This document shows, one piece after another, positions 11,901 to 23,900 of a DNA stretch of 64,000 nt (position 1 is its first letter; each line of letters opens with the position of its first letter). A program made the position numbers and the translations under genes. Below the pieces are notes generated by a model that searched no databases, had not been told where the DNA came from, and saw only the letters and a list, made by a program, of their open reading frames with translations. The DNA comes from Amphiscolops sp. MND2022 (Eukaryota). The DNA lies in NCBI GenBank assembly GCA_964187785.1, contig OZ076409.1, forward strand, positions 38,690,001 through 38,754,000, in the 5' to 3' direction.

Positions 11901-14900
11901 ACCAACAATATCATTAAGCTTCATTGCACGCTTTCGACTCATTTCAATAGTGATCGGAACGTTTGTAAAGACACTGCTCTTCCGGTTATTGCAACCATGT
12001 GACTGGAAATCTGGTCATCGTCCTGTACATATTTCAAGGGTTTGTTCACACTATATTACCGAAGATAACAGAAATATGACAATTTGACACCGGTGAAAAG
12101 TTATTTTCATTGTTACAAGTATTCGAAAACTGGTTATGCATGGTGAGTAATGGTATTTAATGACGTCATTCCATTGAGATAATCGTGGCTGATCTTACTA
12201 CATACATGTCATTCCTATCTCTAGCTTGACTCTCTCCATCATTTATTTGATGTACAGAGAGCTCAGCTGGATTACAAGCCACCGATCACGGTCAATCTAT
12301 CGAACTGAATCTCCTTGTATCATATGGTCGATAAACTGAATTTCTGCTGTATGAGGGGACAACCTAGTTTTCAATGACTTTTTGTTGTGTCATTGATTAA
12401 ATGTGAAACCAATAAGATTAAGGAAAAGGTCTAGAATGATACAAGGGGATTGGGGCCGTGATTAATTTGCTTTGTCCAGAAGTATAAAGCACCCAGAACG
12501 TTTGTTACGATTCTTTTATCTGGAACTAAGACCGTTGAATCTCTGCTGCCGACGATGTGTCATACTTGAAGCTAGTCTTAACCTCACATAGGACTAGCTT
12601 ACTCTTTACTCATGGGGGATACTTACTGGGGGACCAAAAACACTAGGTCCTGAGATATCGTGCAGTCCAAATGAGCTACTTCGACCAGTCTTCAGCCACC
12701 GGATATCGGCGGACACCCCCGGATCCTGGAGGGAATATCTACTCGTTTACTCCCAACTACATTAGAGGCGGCTTCCGAAACAATCAAGGCATCTTGTTTT
12801 CCCTTCCATATTTGGAATTTGTTGAACCTGAAAGTAGTGAACCCAATTTTTTTAAAACATAAAAGTGAATCCAGTTCATCAAATTTGTCTCGTAATGCCT
12901 CAGTTTTGAAATGATGCTACTTTTATGGCACCCAAAGGATCTTTGTAGTCAGAACTTTTTGGGAAAAGAAGGAATATGTAAAGGTAGGGGAGGAAGAGGT
13001 CGTACGAACTACAACTACAGAGGCAGTCACCGATTCGATCAACAATATTCGCGGTTCAATCACAACTCTCACTTCAGGTTTTCTCGCCCACTTCACAACT
13101 CTGGTTTCATGAGTCAGAGATCGTCAGTATTGGAAACAGTAAATCAGGGATCTTGGACGTCTAGATGGGGTCCACATTTGACAGACACTTGGCAGCAGGC
13201 ATTATCAAAAATTGATGAACACTTGGGAAGTTAATTTTATTGGATGTACAAAGTACATATACAATCAAGTCTGAAATACTATTTAACATCCAATACGGAC
13301 ACGAAAGGAGCATAATTGCTCTTCGAGATTCCCTTTTGAAACCGTACACAGCAATCTTAATTTGAGATCAATGAAAAGTTATGTTATCTGTGATAATTTT
13401 TCTATTGAAAACCAGACATCGAGCTGAAATTTTAGTAATGGAAATTGATCCTTTTTGCAAAATCGATTGATGATTATCTTTCATTAATTTTTGAGTCCTT
13501 GAATCAAAATTATCAAAATGAGATGAAAGTAGAAGTATATGACGAAATGTCATGTAACCGAGCTCGGGGTTACATGACATTTCGTCCTATACACTTTCAA
13601 CATATGCAATTTCAACCGTTGCCATTTCAACCGCTCACAATTTCAACCTATTGCATTTTCAACCGTCCGCAATTTCGACCTATACTAATTCTGGCTAATG
13701 AATCCTATTAGCTATATAGTTATTTGAGGTAGTTTTCATTTTCATACATTTCTAAATCTAAATGTGCTAATTTTTACACCATTTTTGATACGTTTTGGCT
13801 TTTTCATGAATAATTACCAATAATTAAGGCTGTTTTATTCAATAACAACTATTATGATGCAATAATAGCTCAACCGAATTAGGACGAAATAAGCCAAATT
13901 TAGTTTAGGTCGAAATTCCGGACGGTTGAAAATGCAATAGGTTGAAATTGCGAGCGGTTGAAACAGCAACGGTTGAAATTGCATAGGTTGAAAGTGTATA
14001 GGACGAAATGTCCTGACACCGTTGAGCTCATGTCCGTTTTTTTTAAAAAATCCGATGATAAAGAGAATCTTTTCAGAAATAACAAGAAAGTGACGGGAAG
14101 GTGTACATGAGTTTTTGATGATACCTGCTCGGCAGCAAAGCGCCCCTCATAATTTACACCCAGATGTGGACTGTAATGGTCAAAATAGTTTAAACAAACT
14201 GATGTCAGTCGAATTTGTGCCCATTAAAGTGAGCAAGACTCGTATTTATGGAGGACAAACAGGTCCGAACGATTCCAATGCCAGCCAGAATTCGCGGTCT
14301 CTCTGTCTCAGTGCGCCTTTTAATCGGTCTTTCACTCATGGGAATCGACATAGTATGGACGTGACTGCGAGAAAGCATCCTTATTTCAATAGGAAAAGAA
14401 ATTCCCATCGTTAGATATACGCTATTAGCCACTTGAAAATGACCAGTGCAGTGATCTCTAATGATCATTGTGTTGTATATCCGATAATTCTATGTTGCTC
14501 TTCTTCACCCAGTCATGTCTGAATTTTCTGTTTGTAGCATTTTCGAAAAGTTGGAATTGATATGGATATTTGACCCATTTCGTTTTTTAGCCCTGTTGGA
14601 GTCTCGTGGTCTGCCTCCACAATTGTTCAGCGCTATTGGTCCCCGAGTGAGTCACCTCATCAGCCGGTCGCTGTCTACAAACTCCACTGGTAATTTCATT
14701 CCCTCTCGCCAATTTCAACCCCCAGCATCGTGTAATAAATGTTTTATCCTGGTTTTTCAACTACTATTTATACTAGATTTTGATTCGTTCAAAAATTGAT
14801 CACCCAAATTGAACACGGAGAATTTTTAACATTGGATCCCATTGTGTTCAGTGTTGACCAATTGAACTTTTTGGAATGTAGTTCAAAAGGCTAAAGAATT

Positions 14901-17900
14901 TTTCTCCCTGAATTTAAACTGAATTAAACTCGAAGATACTCTTATTTAAACTGCGCAGTTTAATGTCGGACGCAATTAGTTTAAACTTAAGTTGACCGGG
15001 AATTTAACCGGTCGACACTGATTGCATTCAATTACATACATGTATATAGCCATATTGTTTTGTTTGTAGTGACGAAAGCCCAACAGCTATTAGAAGGCCT
15101 ACAATCTGCGGATGAAAGTGTGCAGCTGCAAGCAGCCATAGAGATGTGTCAATTACTTGTGATGGGAAACGAGGATACACTGGCCGGCTTTCCTACCAAA
15201 CAAGTAGTGCCAGCATTGGCCACTTTGCTCAAGACTGGCCATAACTACGACATGATGAACCACGCATGCCGAGCTCTTACTTACATGATGGAGGCTCTTC
15301 CGAGGTCAACCTCAGTTGTGGTCGACGCAGTTCCAGCTCTTCTGGAAAAGGTGGAAAGTATCCAGTGCATGGACGTGGCTGAACAGTCTCTGACAGCTCT
15401 GGAAATGCTGTCCAAGAGACACCACAAGGTGCTTCTCAACGCTGGTGCTCTTCCTGCGTGTCTACTCTACATTGAGTTCTTCTCCATCCCCGCCCAGCGC
15501 AGCGCTCTTACCATCGCCGCCAACTGCTGCTTAAGTGTCACTGTCGTGGAGCTAGAGAAAGTGTCTGGCAACCTGCCCGTCTTGACCGAAAAGCTCACTT
15601 CCGTCACCGATAAGCGTTCGGTGGAAAACGTGGTACTCTGCTTCTCTAGAATGGTTGATAATTGCCAATCAAGCAAGGTGACTTGAAGTCCTGTTCTTTT
15701 TGAAAATTCCAATTAGAGTTACAAAAGACAATCAAATTTGTTTCAGGAAAAACTGACCGAAATCGCGGGACATGGATTGCTAGAAAATCTCCAACAGTTG
15801 GTTAGTTGATACATTGTCATACATTTTGTGCCAATATCTTGAAAACAATAACTTTTGAAAATCCATACCACCCAAGTTGTTCAACTCACGTATTTATTTT
15901 TTTTGCATTTTTCATGTTCTCATGCATGTCAAATTAAATACGTACAATGACTAAGAGTACGTGTGAAAACTGTGACGCTTCCGTTTTGTAATTTTGTTTA
16001 GCATGTGTTGGTTATTAACACATCGCGTATTCAAAGAGAAGCATTGTGCTAACTACGGTCATTTAAAAGTCACGAGCCTTCAATGTGAAAAAAACAATAA
16101 TGTAATTTTTTTTATTAAAATGCATGTTTTAAGAAAAATGATTTACAATCCATTTTTTAACCGTTTTTACCCCTCGGTAGGTTATTTAATGGCCATGTCA
16201 ACGTATGCAAGGAAATGTATTGACGTCATTTTTGGAGATCTTCCATTCCAATGCTCACACATCTATTTTAACCTGTTGCGATCATCCTTGTTCTACAAAC
16301 CTCTAAAATTCATTCAATCGATTTGAAAATGCTCGAACTTCCAAAACCACCTCGATTATGTTTTTTGATGATTTGCCTGCAATGCTTTCGCTTTTTAGAA
16401 TCAAGTACTAAAATTGGTCTACGGCTTTAATTTAAGTAATTGGTTTGGGTTCAAAAGAAAATTGTCTTATAATTTTAAGCTTTCTTCTAGCTTGAATAAC
16501 AAGCAGGTTTTGTTTGAAATCAGTATGCGATTACAAAAACCTTTCTGCAAATCTTGTTTGACTTCTAATTAAGCATATTTCAAAAGCAACATGTGAACTG
16601 ATTTTCGAAGCTCTATTTATGTTCTGTAGATTGTGGGCACTCTGAGAATGTTGGTCTTGAATTCCTGGACTCATTATCCAAAAAAATGGAAACGAGAGAA
16701 TGTTTTCACAGCACAGTATTACACGTGAAAATCTGATTCAATCCTTTTATGTAGTTTATTTCTATCGAAAAGTTGCCCTCGACGCTGATAAAATTGAGGA
16801 AAGGGAATCTGTATTTCACCTTGTTTAATGCTCGGTTGATATCCGTTTGTATTCTAGGCATTTCGCAAGGAAAGATTCCCGACTTTTACGATAACTAGTT
16901 TTATAGTCGGCGAATTTAAGAACATGTTTCCGACTATTTTTTTCGTACCCAGACCACATATCTCAGTTTAAAGTCCACTTTACGGATTTTACACGTACAC
17001 AGGCGTAAAATCTAAGTCGTACACAGAGGCCAGAGGGCTCTTCCTTAGACTTTTTTAGTCGGCGCTTCATGAAGTGAAACGCGACTATTATAGTGACTTT
17101 TTTTCAATCCACACTGGCCAAAATAATTCTACAAAGTTCTACGAAATTTTATGGTGTCATTTACATTTCTACGTAACTATATTTTTCGCCGCTGTGCAAC
17201 TTTTTTGCCGTTTTTTCCATTTCAGCTAAGGGCCCCTATTTCACCTAAGCATAAAGGTTCCCTATAAGATTTTTCGGGACTGTGACTTTTTTGAAAAATT
17301 TTTCGTGCCCAAAGAGCTCCCTTTAGAGGGAGCCCATATCTCAAAAAAAAGCTTTTTAAACAATTTTCGTTTTTGGATCCTTGAGCGGAGCGTCGACTTC
17401 TGACGTTCACGTTTTGTTGATACATACGTTTCTGAAGTTTGAAAATTGTTTGGTACTGCATAGAAGTGGAACCAGAGGGCGAGGACGGTTTTTTAAGTTG
17501 AATGTTTTTTTTTGTTGTGTAGAGATTAATATACTGATGATGCATATTTAATTGTTTAGTTGGTTGTGACACCCCCGGTGTTATCACCCAACTTCGTGGG
17601 CACCGTCGTCCGCATGATGTCTCTGATGGCGAGTGAGAACTCGTGTCTGGCTGTGCAGCTGCTCCACAGTGGCATCCAAGGCACTATCACATATCTCTTG
17701 CTCGGATCCAACGCCTCACACACTTTGCACAGCGAGCTAAATTCAGCAGATACCCCCACCTCTAAAAACCAGCCCATACCAACAACCGAGATCGAAATCA
17801 TGCCCAAAAATACCCAAGAGCTACTTGAGATAACTTGCCTGATACAGTAAGTAGTCTTGCCGAACCTAAAAACCTATCATGTTGTTGGTGAACCTTAACC

Positions 17901-20900
17901 GAGTCAATAATTCCAAGCCTGTTTTAGTGATCTCATGCCGTCCCTGCCAGCGGTTAAAGGAAATCTGTTCGAGATTGATGAACTTCTGTGGAACAACAAT
18001 TTCTCCTCTGGTCGTCTTGGAGCAATGGACGACAAGAACAGCTCTTCCTCGAGCCAGAGTGGATCCAACATCCAGTGGATGTGGAAGGACGGAAGAAGTG
18101 GAACTTGGCAGCCCTACGCTAAGATGGACAATAGGATGATAGAAATGGCCTTCTCTAATGGAGAGGAAGAGATTACTTTAAGTGGACTCAGTAACGTTAA
18201 TCTCTCAGCCACGTACACCATTGACTTTCATGCCATGCAGCAGATCAATGACGAAACAGGAACAGTCAGAAGCGTCACCCGAAGTTTAAAGTCTAGCCAA
18301 TCAAAAGACAAAGGTGATAATACTCTTTACATTGAAGAGCCTGGTATAGAGGATGATCAAATTGCATTGCAAATCTATCTCTCCCCATTTAGGATAATTA
18401 CTTTGAGTTGAGATAGTATTTATTTTTGATTAATTTGGATCAGTTCGTTTGTGTAATAAATTCGAAAAGCGCATTACTTGATGTTTCATTTCAATGTAAA
18501 ACAAGACGCCCGCTGAGGAGCGGGATATTTTCCGCCCCGAACTGTTCTACAACTACATAAATTTGAGGCTCAAGAATAACTAATGCACTATAAAAACGCT
18601 GAGAAGTTCGAAGAAAAGAAAGCTTCGATTCATCTTGTCCATTTTTCTAATTCGCGGTGTCTCAAAAAATGGCAAAAATTGCATAAAAATGTTTAAAAAT
18701 GAGAAATTTGGGAATTTTTGTCATTTTCGGGGTCATTTTGTCATTAAGGGGTCATTTTGTCATTAAGGGGTCATTTTGTCATTAAGGGGTCATTTTCGTC
18801 ATTTTCGTCATTTTTTAAAAAAACTTCAAAAATCTCTACAAATACATATCGCACGAAGCTAAATTTATGTGGGTTGAATTCTATGGGTAACACCCTTAAA
18901 TTTAAATATAAATAAAATCTTGGCAAATTTTGTAAAAAAAAAAAAACCCGTTTGATTTAAATATTTTCCTTTCCCATATGAAATATGGGCGGAAAATAAC
19001 AAACCGGGACCGGCCCAAGTCGGCGCCATATCTAAGGCTCAAAAATAGCAAAAGTACTTCAAAGTGTCACAGTATACAGCACCCGAAAAAATTTTTGAAA
19101 AAAGTCTCACAATGCCGAAAAAAACTGAAAGGGGGTACTTTAGTCTCGCTCGGTATTGTATGATACGCGGAAACAAGGAAAACCCTTTTTGGTTCAGTTC
19201 TCTGAGCCAGCAGGTATTTTAAGATTTTCTAGAACTTTTGGTAGAACTATTTTGGTCACTTCAGGTGTATCGAAAAAAAACACTGACGAAAAGCCATGAC
19301 TATAGTCGACTCTTTTCTCAAGAAAAGCGCCTACTAAAAAGGACAAAAATTTAACCTTAAGTTGGCCAGGAAAAATCTTGTTCCATCCAAAAATCGGGTG
19401 CTTCAACTTTAAACCGCAATATCTCCTGAACTATACAAGTCCGACAAACGATTTATACAGCGTTCGAAAGAGGAGCATTGGGGCTTTCAAATCAATTTTT
19501 AAACTGCTGGCCTTGGGGCCCGCTAGCGCGGGCCCCTTGCGCGCAAAGTTTTTTGCGCGAAGTTCTCCGCTGGCGTGCGGCTTCGCCGCACTGGCTCCGA
19601 ACTTTGCGCCAAAACTTTGCACGCGTCGTGTCTCTGCTTGCTTTTCAGCATGTTTCAAAACATGCTGGGGACGCTTTGACCCAATGCTGGTACCAGTGGG
19701 ATAAAAGGGGCACAAACGAAAACTGGGAAAACGGAAAATCTGCACTTATTTTTCTTTTGATTTTTTCGCCTCATTTTCTGGATTTTGGAGACATCACGTC
19801 AATTTTCCGTGAAAAGGCGCCAAATGCTATGCAATATTGTCTGAAACTCTTATTGAAGGGTTTGCTTTACCATACAATCAGCTGGTGCGTTAAGAATTTG
19901 CAGAAACTAAATGTGCCAAATTTGGCACATTGGCCAAGTTAAGGTTAAACCAGTTAATAACGGCTGTCCTTTCTTCTCTCGTATTTTTGACTTTTTTGTC
20001 CTATATCCTTTATTTGCTGTGGTACTCATTGTAAAAGAGACAAAACATTACTATGAATAAGTAAGTAACCGCGCGGATATTCTGTACCAGAACGAAACTT
20101 CTAAAAATACATTATCAGATATCGCTCTGAGGCAGCTCGTGCAAGTGCTGATTCCCATACGCCTCTGTTCACATGGACAAATTCAAATGCCATGAGTGCT
20201 TTTTCGCGTAATGCAAGATCTACTTGGCTGGTCAAACATTTGTTGTACTTTCACAAAGAAAAATCTATTTTTCATGCTTTTCATATAGTCAAATGCATGC
20301 GTAAATAATTACCAAGTTTTTTAGAAAGTAATTTGAACTAATATGAAAAGTTGAAATTGGTGACTTTTAATTGAAGCCATGTCATGCTTCAATCATCAAG
20401 AGATCAAAATTAGAAAAGAATGCTGATAAAATCGAAAATGTTTTGTTTGTTTGTAGTTCATATATTCCCAATTTTCATGATTGCTTTATTATCTACACAT
20501 GTAAAGACAAGAGATGTATGTTGAAGGCAAAAACAAGGAGCGCAAAGATGTGACCGAACCTATGGACCTAACTTCAACCTCAGAACCAGAAACAGACGCC
20601 CGTATCATCGCCTTCCAGGACGATGCCCTCTGTTCAAGTTTCATCAAAAGCTTGTTCGGCTGCTTGTATGAGATATACAGCTCATCTGCCGGGCAACACG
20701 TGAAACACAAAACGTTGAGATCCATTCTGCGAATGCTACACATGGCCAGTCCGGACGTTCTTCGTACTGTGCTAGCTGGATTCTCAGTGTCCAGTCATAT
20801 CGCCCACATGCTGTCCTCAAATGACCAAAAAGTAGTCGTGTGTGCCATTCAGATGAGCTACATCCTCATCGAGAAACTCCCCGACATCTTTACTGTCTAT

Positions 20901-23900
20901 TTTAAACGCGAGGGCGTGATGCACCAAATGCAGAAACTGACACAATTGAATGTTAAGATGGAAATACTGAACACTGCAGTTAATAGTGCCGCCGCGGCAG
21001 CTGCTACTGAGGTCAAGCAAGGCGTGGAACTGCCAAGCTCGACTGAATGTCATAACCTAGTAACAAACACCACGGTGTCGGAAAGCTGTGCCACTCATTT
21101 AGCTGCACTTGAGGACAGGGCGTCATTGAGTGTACTGAATGCGGAAAGTTACCTCAGTCTTTCGAATGAATCAATCCACAGCAATGCATTTGACGACGGA
21201 AGTGTACCGGGAGTAGCAAGTGCTGTGACAGTTAATTCGTATAACGAAGACAGCAGTCCGACATTAGATGCTGATATAGTGACTAGCAAAGATTTCGGTT
21301 TGGGTTCCAAGAAAAAGAAGCCTCCACCCATTCCTGTGGTCGCTCCTCCCTCCAGCTCAAAAAGATCTCGTCGTGCCAAATCTGAGAGCGCCCAGACCCC
21401 GGATTCGCCTACAGTAATGGGAGTGAGCTCCCCTCCCCACAGTCACTCTATTCTGTCGAGAGCCATTTTCGGGGCGAGTGGCACCCCATTCAGAATGAAC
21501 AGCGCAAACGCATCTACAAACACAGGCCAAGCAGCGGGAATATCTATTGGTGCTAATTACTCATTCTCGCATGCAAACTCCTCTTCATCCTCAGCGGCGG
21601 CTGGATCTTCGTTTCCCACCCAGCCCATACCAGTGCCTTCTAACAAGGATTCATCTCTCGTTCCTCCGGGCGGATCGGCAGGCGCCAGTTCCAAGCCGGG
21701 ACCCAGTAGTAGCAGCGGCGGTGCTAGTGGCTTCTTCGCCAGTCTCAAGCCAATTCGCTGGCCTAGCAGCACCAAATCGTGCAGTAGTAGCCATTTAGAG
21801 AAAATGTTAGCTGCCCAGGCTTCGTCCGGGGCTTTGAGTGAGAACTCGAAGCGAGACAAGAAAAAGATGTCGGCGCCTTCTGTTGTTTCAAATGCTGCAT
21901 CGATCAATAGAGAGAAGATAAAGTTGTGGATCAAGGAGAAAGCTGTGTTGTTCCTCGAACTCTATTCCAGTCCTTCAGCTACCTCTAATGTGTCCCCAAC
22001 TATGCTGGACTCTCCGAACACTGGTAACAACGCAGCGTCCACCTCAGACACCTTATCAAAACTTACCAACGCTTCGCAGAGTTTGAATGTCAAATCAAAC
22101 ACATCTACATCTGTATTGTACCCTTCGAGCGCTAAACACTCATCAAAGCGATCGGCGAACATCCACGTGGCTCTGAACGAAGACTTGAATATCAAGAGCG
22201 AACAGTTTGTGGGAACTCTACGTGCAATAGCTCAACTCATCCAAGAAGGAGACGCCTCTCCCTTCGAAGTTTTACACAGTGGACTTGTTACAAGCCTCTT
22301 CGAGTTTCTTACCTGCGAAACTGTCGATGCCTCTATCGGCAGAGACAAGAGATTGCGACTGTTTTGTCACGTCTTTCTCAATTGTCCTGTTAGTATTCAT
22401 TTTTATTTTGTAAAGTCAAGTGCAGGATGAATGCATTAGATTTTGAAAAGTTTGTATTTGTCGGTGCTTTGTCGGAAAGTCCGTGCTCTTGTTTGAGAAT
22501 CTGTTTTGGTCCCAAAAAATTTCTCACAAACCACTACACATTTCGCGAAATGACAATAACAAAGAGTTTGGTTTTCGCTTATGTTAAGGGGTTTTTAATC
22601 TTGTACCGAAATGAAAGCCATGGCTTTTATCCTTCATGCTTCATTTTCCGAGATATTTACCACCGTCAACTTGTCTAAGCGTTGAAGTTTTTGCTTCAGA
22701 AGTCAGAAAACGAACCTACAGTGGGAGCAGAAAGTTCAAATGACCCGATGAAAGACAGAGATGAGCCAATGATGCTTGAGAAAGCTGACAGTACTCTTTT
22801 GAATTTGGGTCCTTTCGCCAGCTCTCGACCATGTCCTTTGAAGGCCCTGGTCGCGAAACTTATTCTCTGTTTGCATCAATTAGAACAATTTTCAGTTAGA
22901 ATCACAGACCTCGAAATGATCACTGGCGGAACTGGTCCAGCTGCTGCGGCTCTTGCAGCTCTTGGCTCTACTGTTTCTCCATCCAGCCGATCAGGAAGCG
23001 CCGCTATTAAATTTTTCAACACACATCAACTCAAATGCCAATTACAGCGACACCCTAATTGCAAAGGAGCGCGACAGTGGAAAGGAGGTCCGGTCAAAAT
23101 CGACCCTCTGGCTCAGATGCATGCCGTAGAAAAATTCCTTGTAGCTAAGGGATTAGCCAGAGACGATGGCCGAGAGGAGGATTATGATTCCGAGGACGAA
23201 ATCAGAGACCCCTTCTTTGCAATGCTTGGAAACTTGACTGGCAATCCCGGCTCACACCATGGTAGACACAGACTTAAGCTATTTATTGGACAGCAAGAAA
23301 TACCTTATGACTGGACGGTATATCAAGCTATCAGGCAACATGGTTCGACCAGCAAAAGCAGCCCTCCGACCTCGACTGAAGTCAGCACTGACGATGAATC
23401 CGTTGATGACAGTTCTCAAAGTCATAACAGAGCCAGTTTGTGGCTCAAGACCCACATCATTTACTACGCATCTGTCGACGAGTGCACTTCCAATGTTGGA
23501 ACTAGTGGGGGTGGATCTGATGGTGCTTGGTGCCTTGGCGGCAACACTGGATCCAACGGTGGCAAAAAACAGAAAAATGTTTCAAGCTCATCCAAAAACG
23601 GAAATCGTAGTGGAAGCTTGTCAAACTCAAACAGCAAGCCTTCATCTGGTAGATCAACTCGAAACAGCGAGATGCTCTGGGCTGATGGAATCCCACCCAA
23701 AGCTGGCAATCCTCTCATTGAAATTTTGGACAGCCCTAACTCAAGTAACGGCAAAAACAAGACCCTCTCGATTCAAGATCCCTCCATCGAAGTCTTACTG
23801 TTGCTTCGTGCTTTACATTCCATTAATTGTTATTGGTTCACCTTCTATCAAGTTAGTTTCAAGCATTTGTTTTTGCCGTTTAAGCTATTCAACTACCCTT

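Noticed and set aside
19378..19942. ORFs of 104-154 aa in the GC-rich intronic segment
   Set aside because: They lie inside the TTAA-flanked piggyBac MITE and lack transposase motifs.
20817..22195. Antisense ORFs within the large TRIP12 exon (also 15467-15712, 23464-23760, 26006-26467)
   Set aside because: Shadow ORFs of the coding strand.
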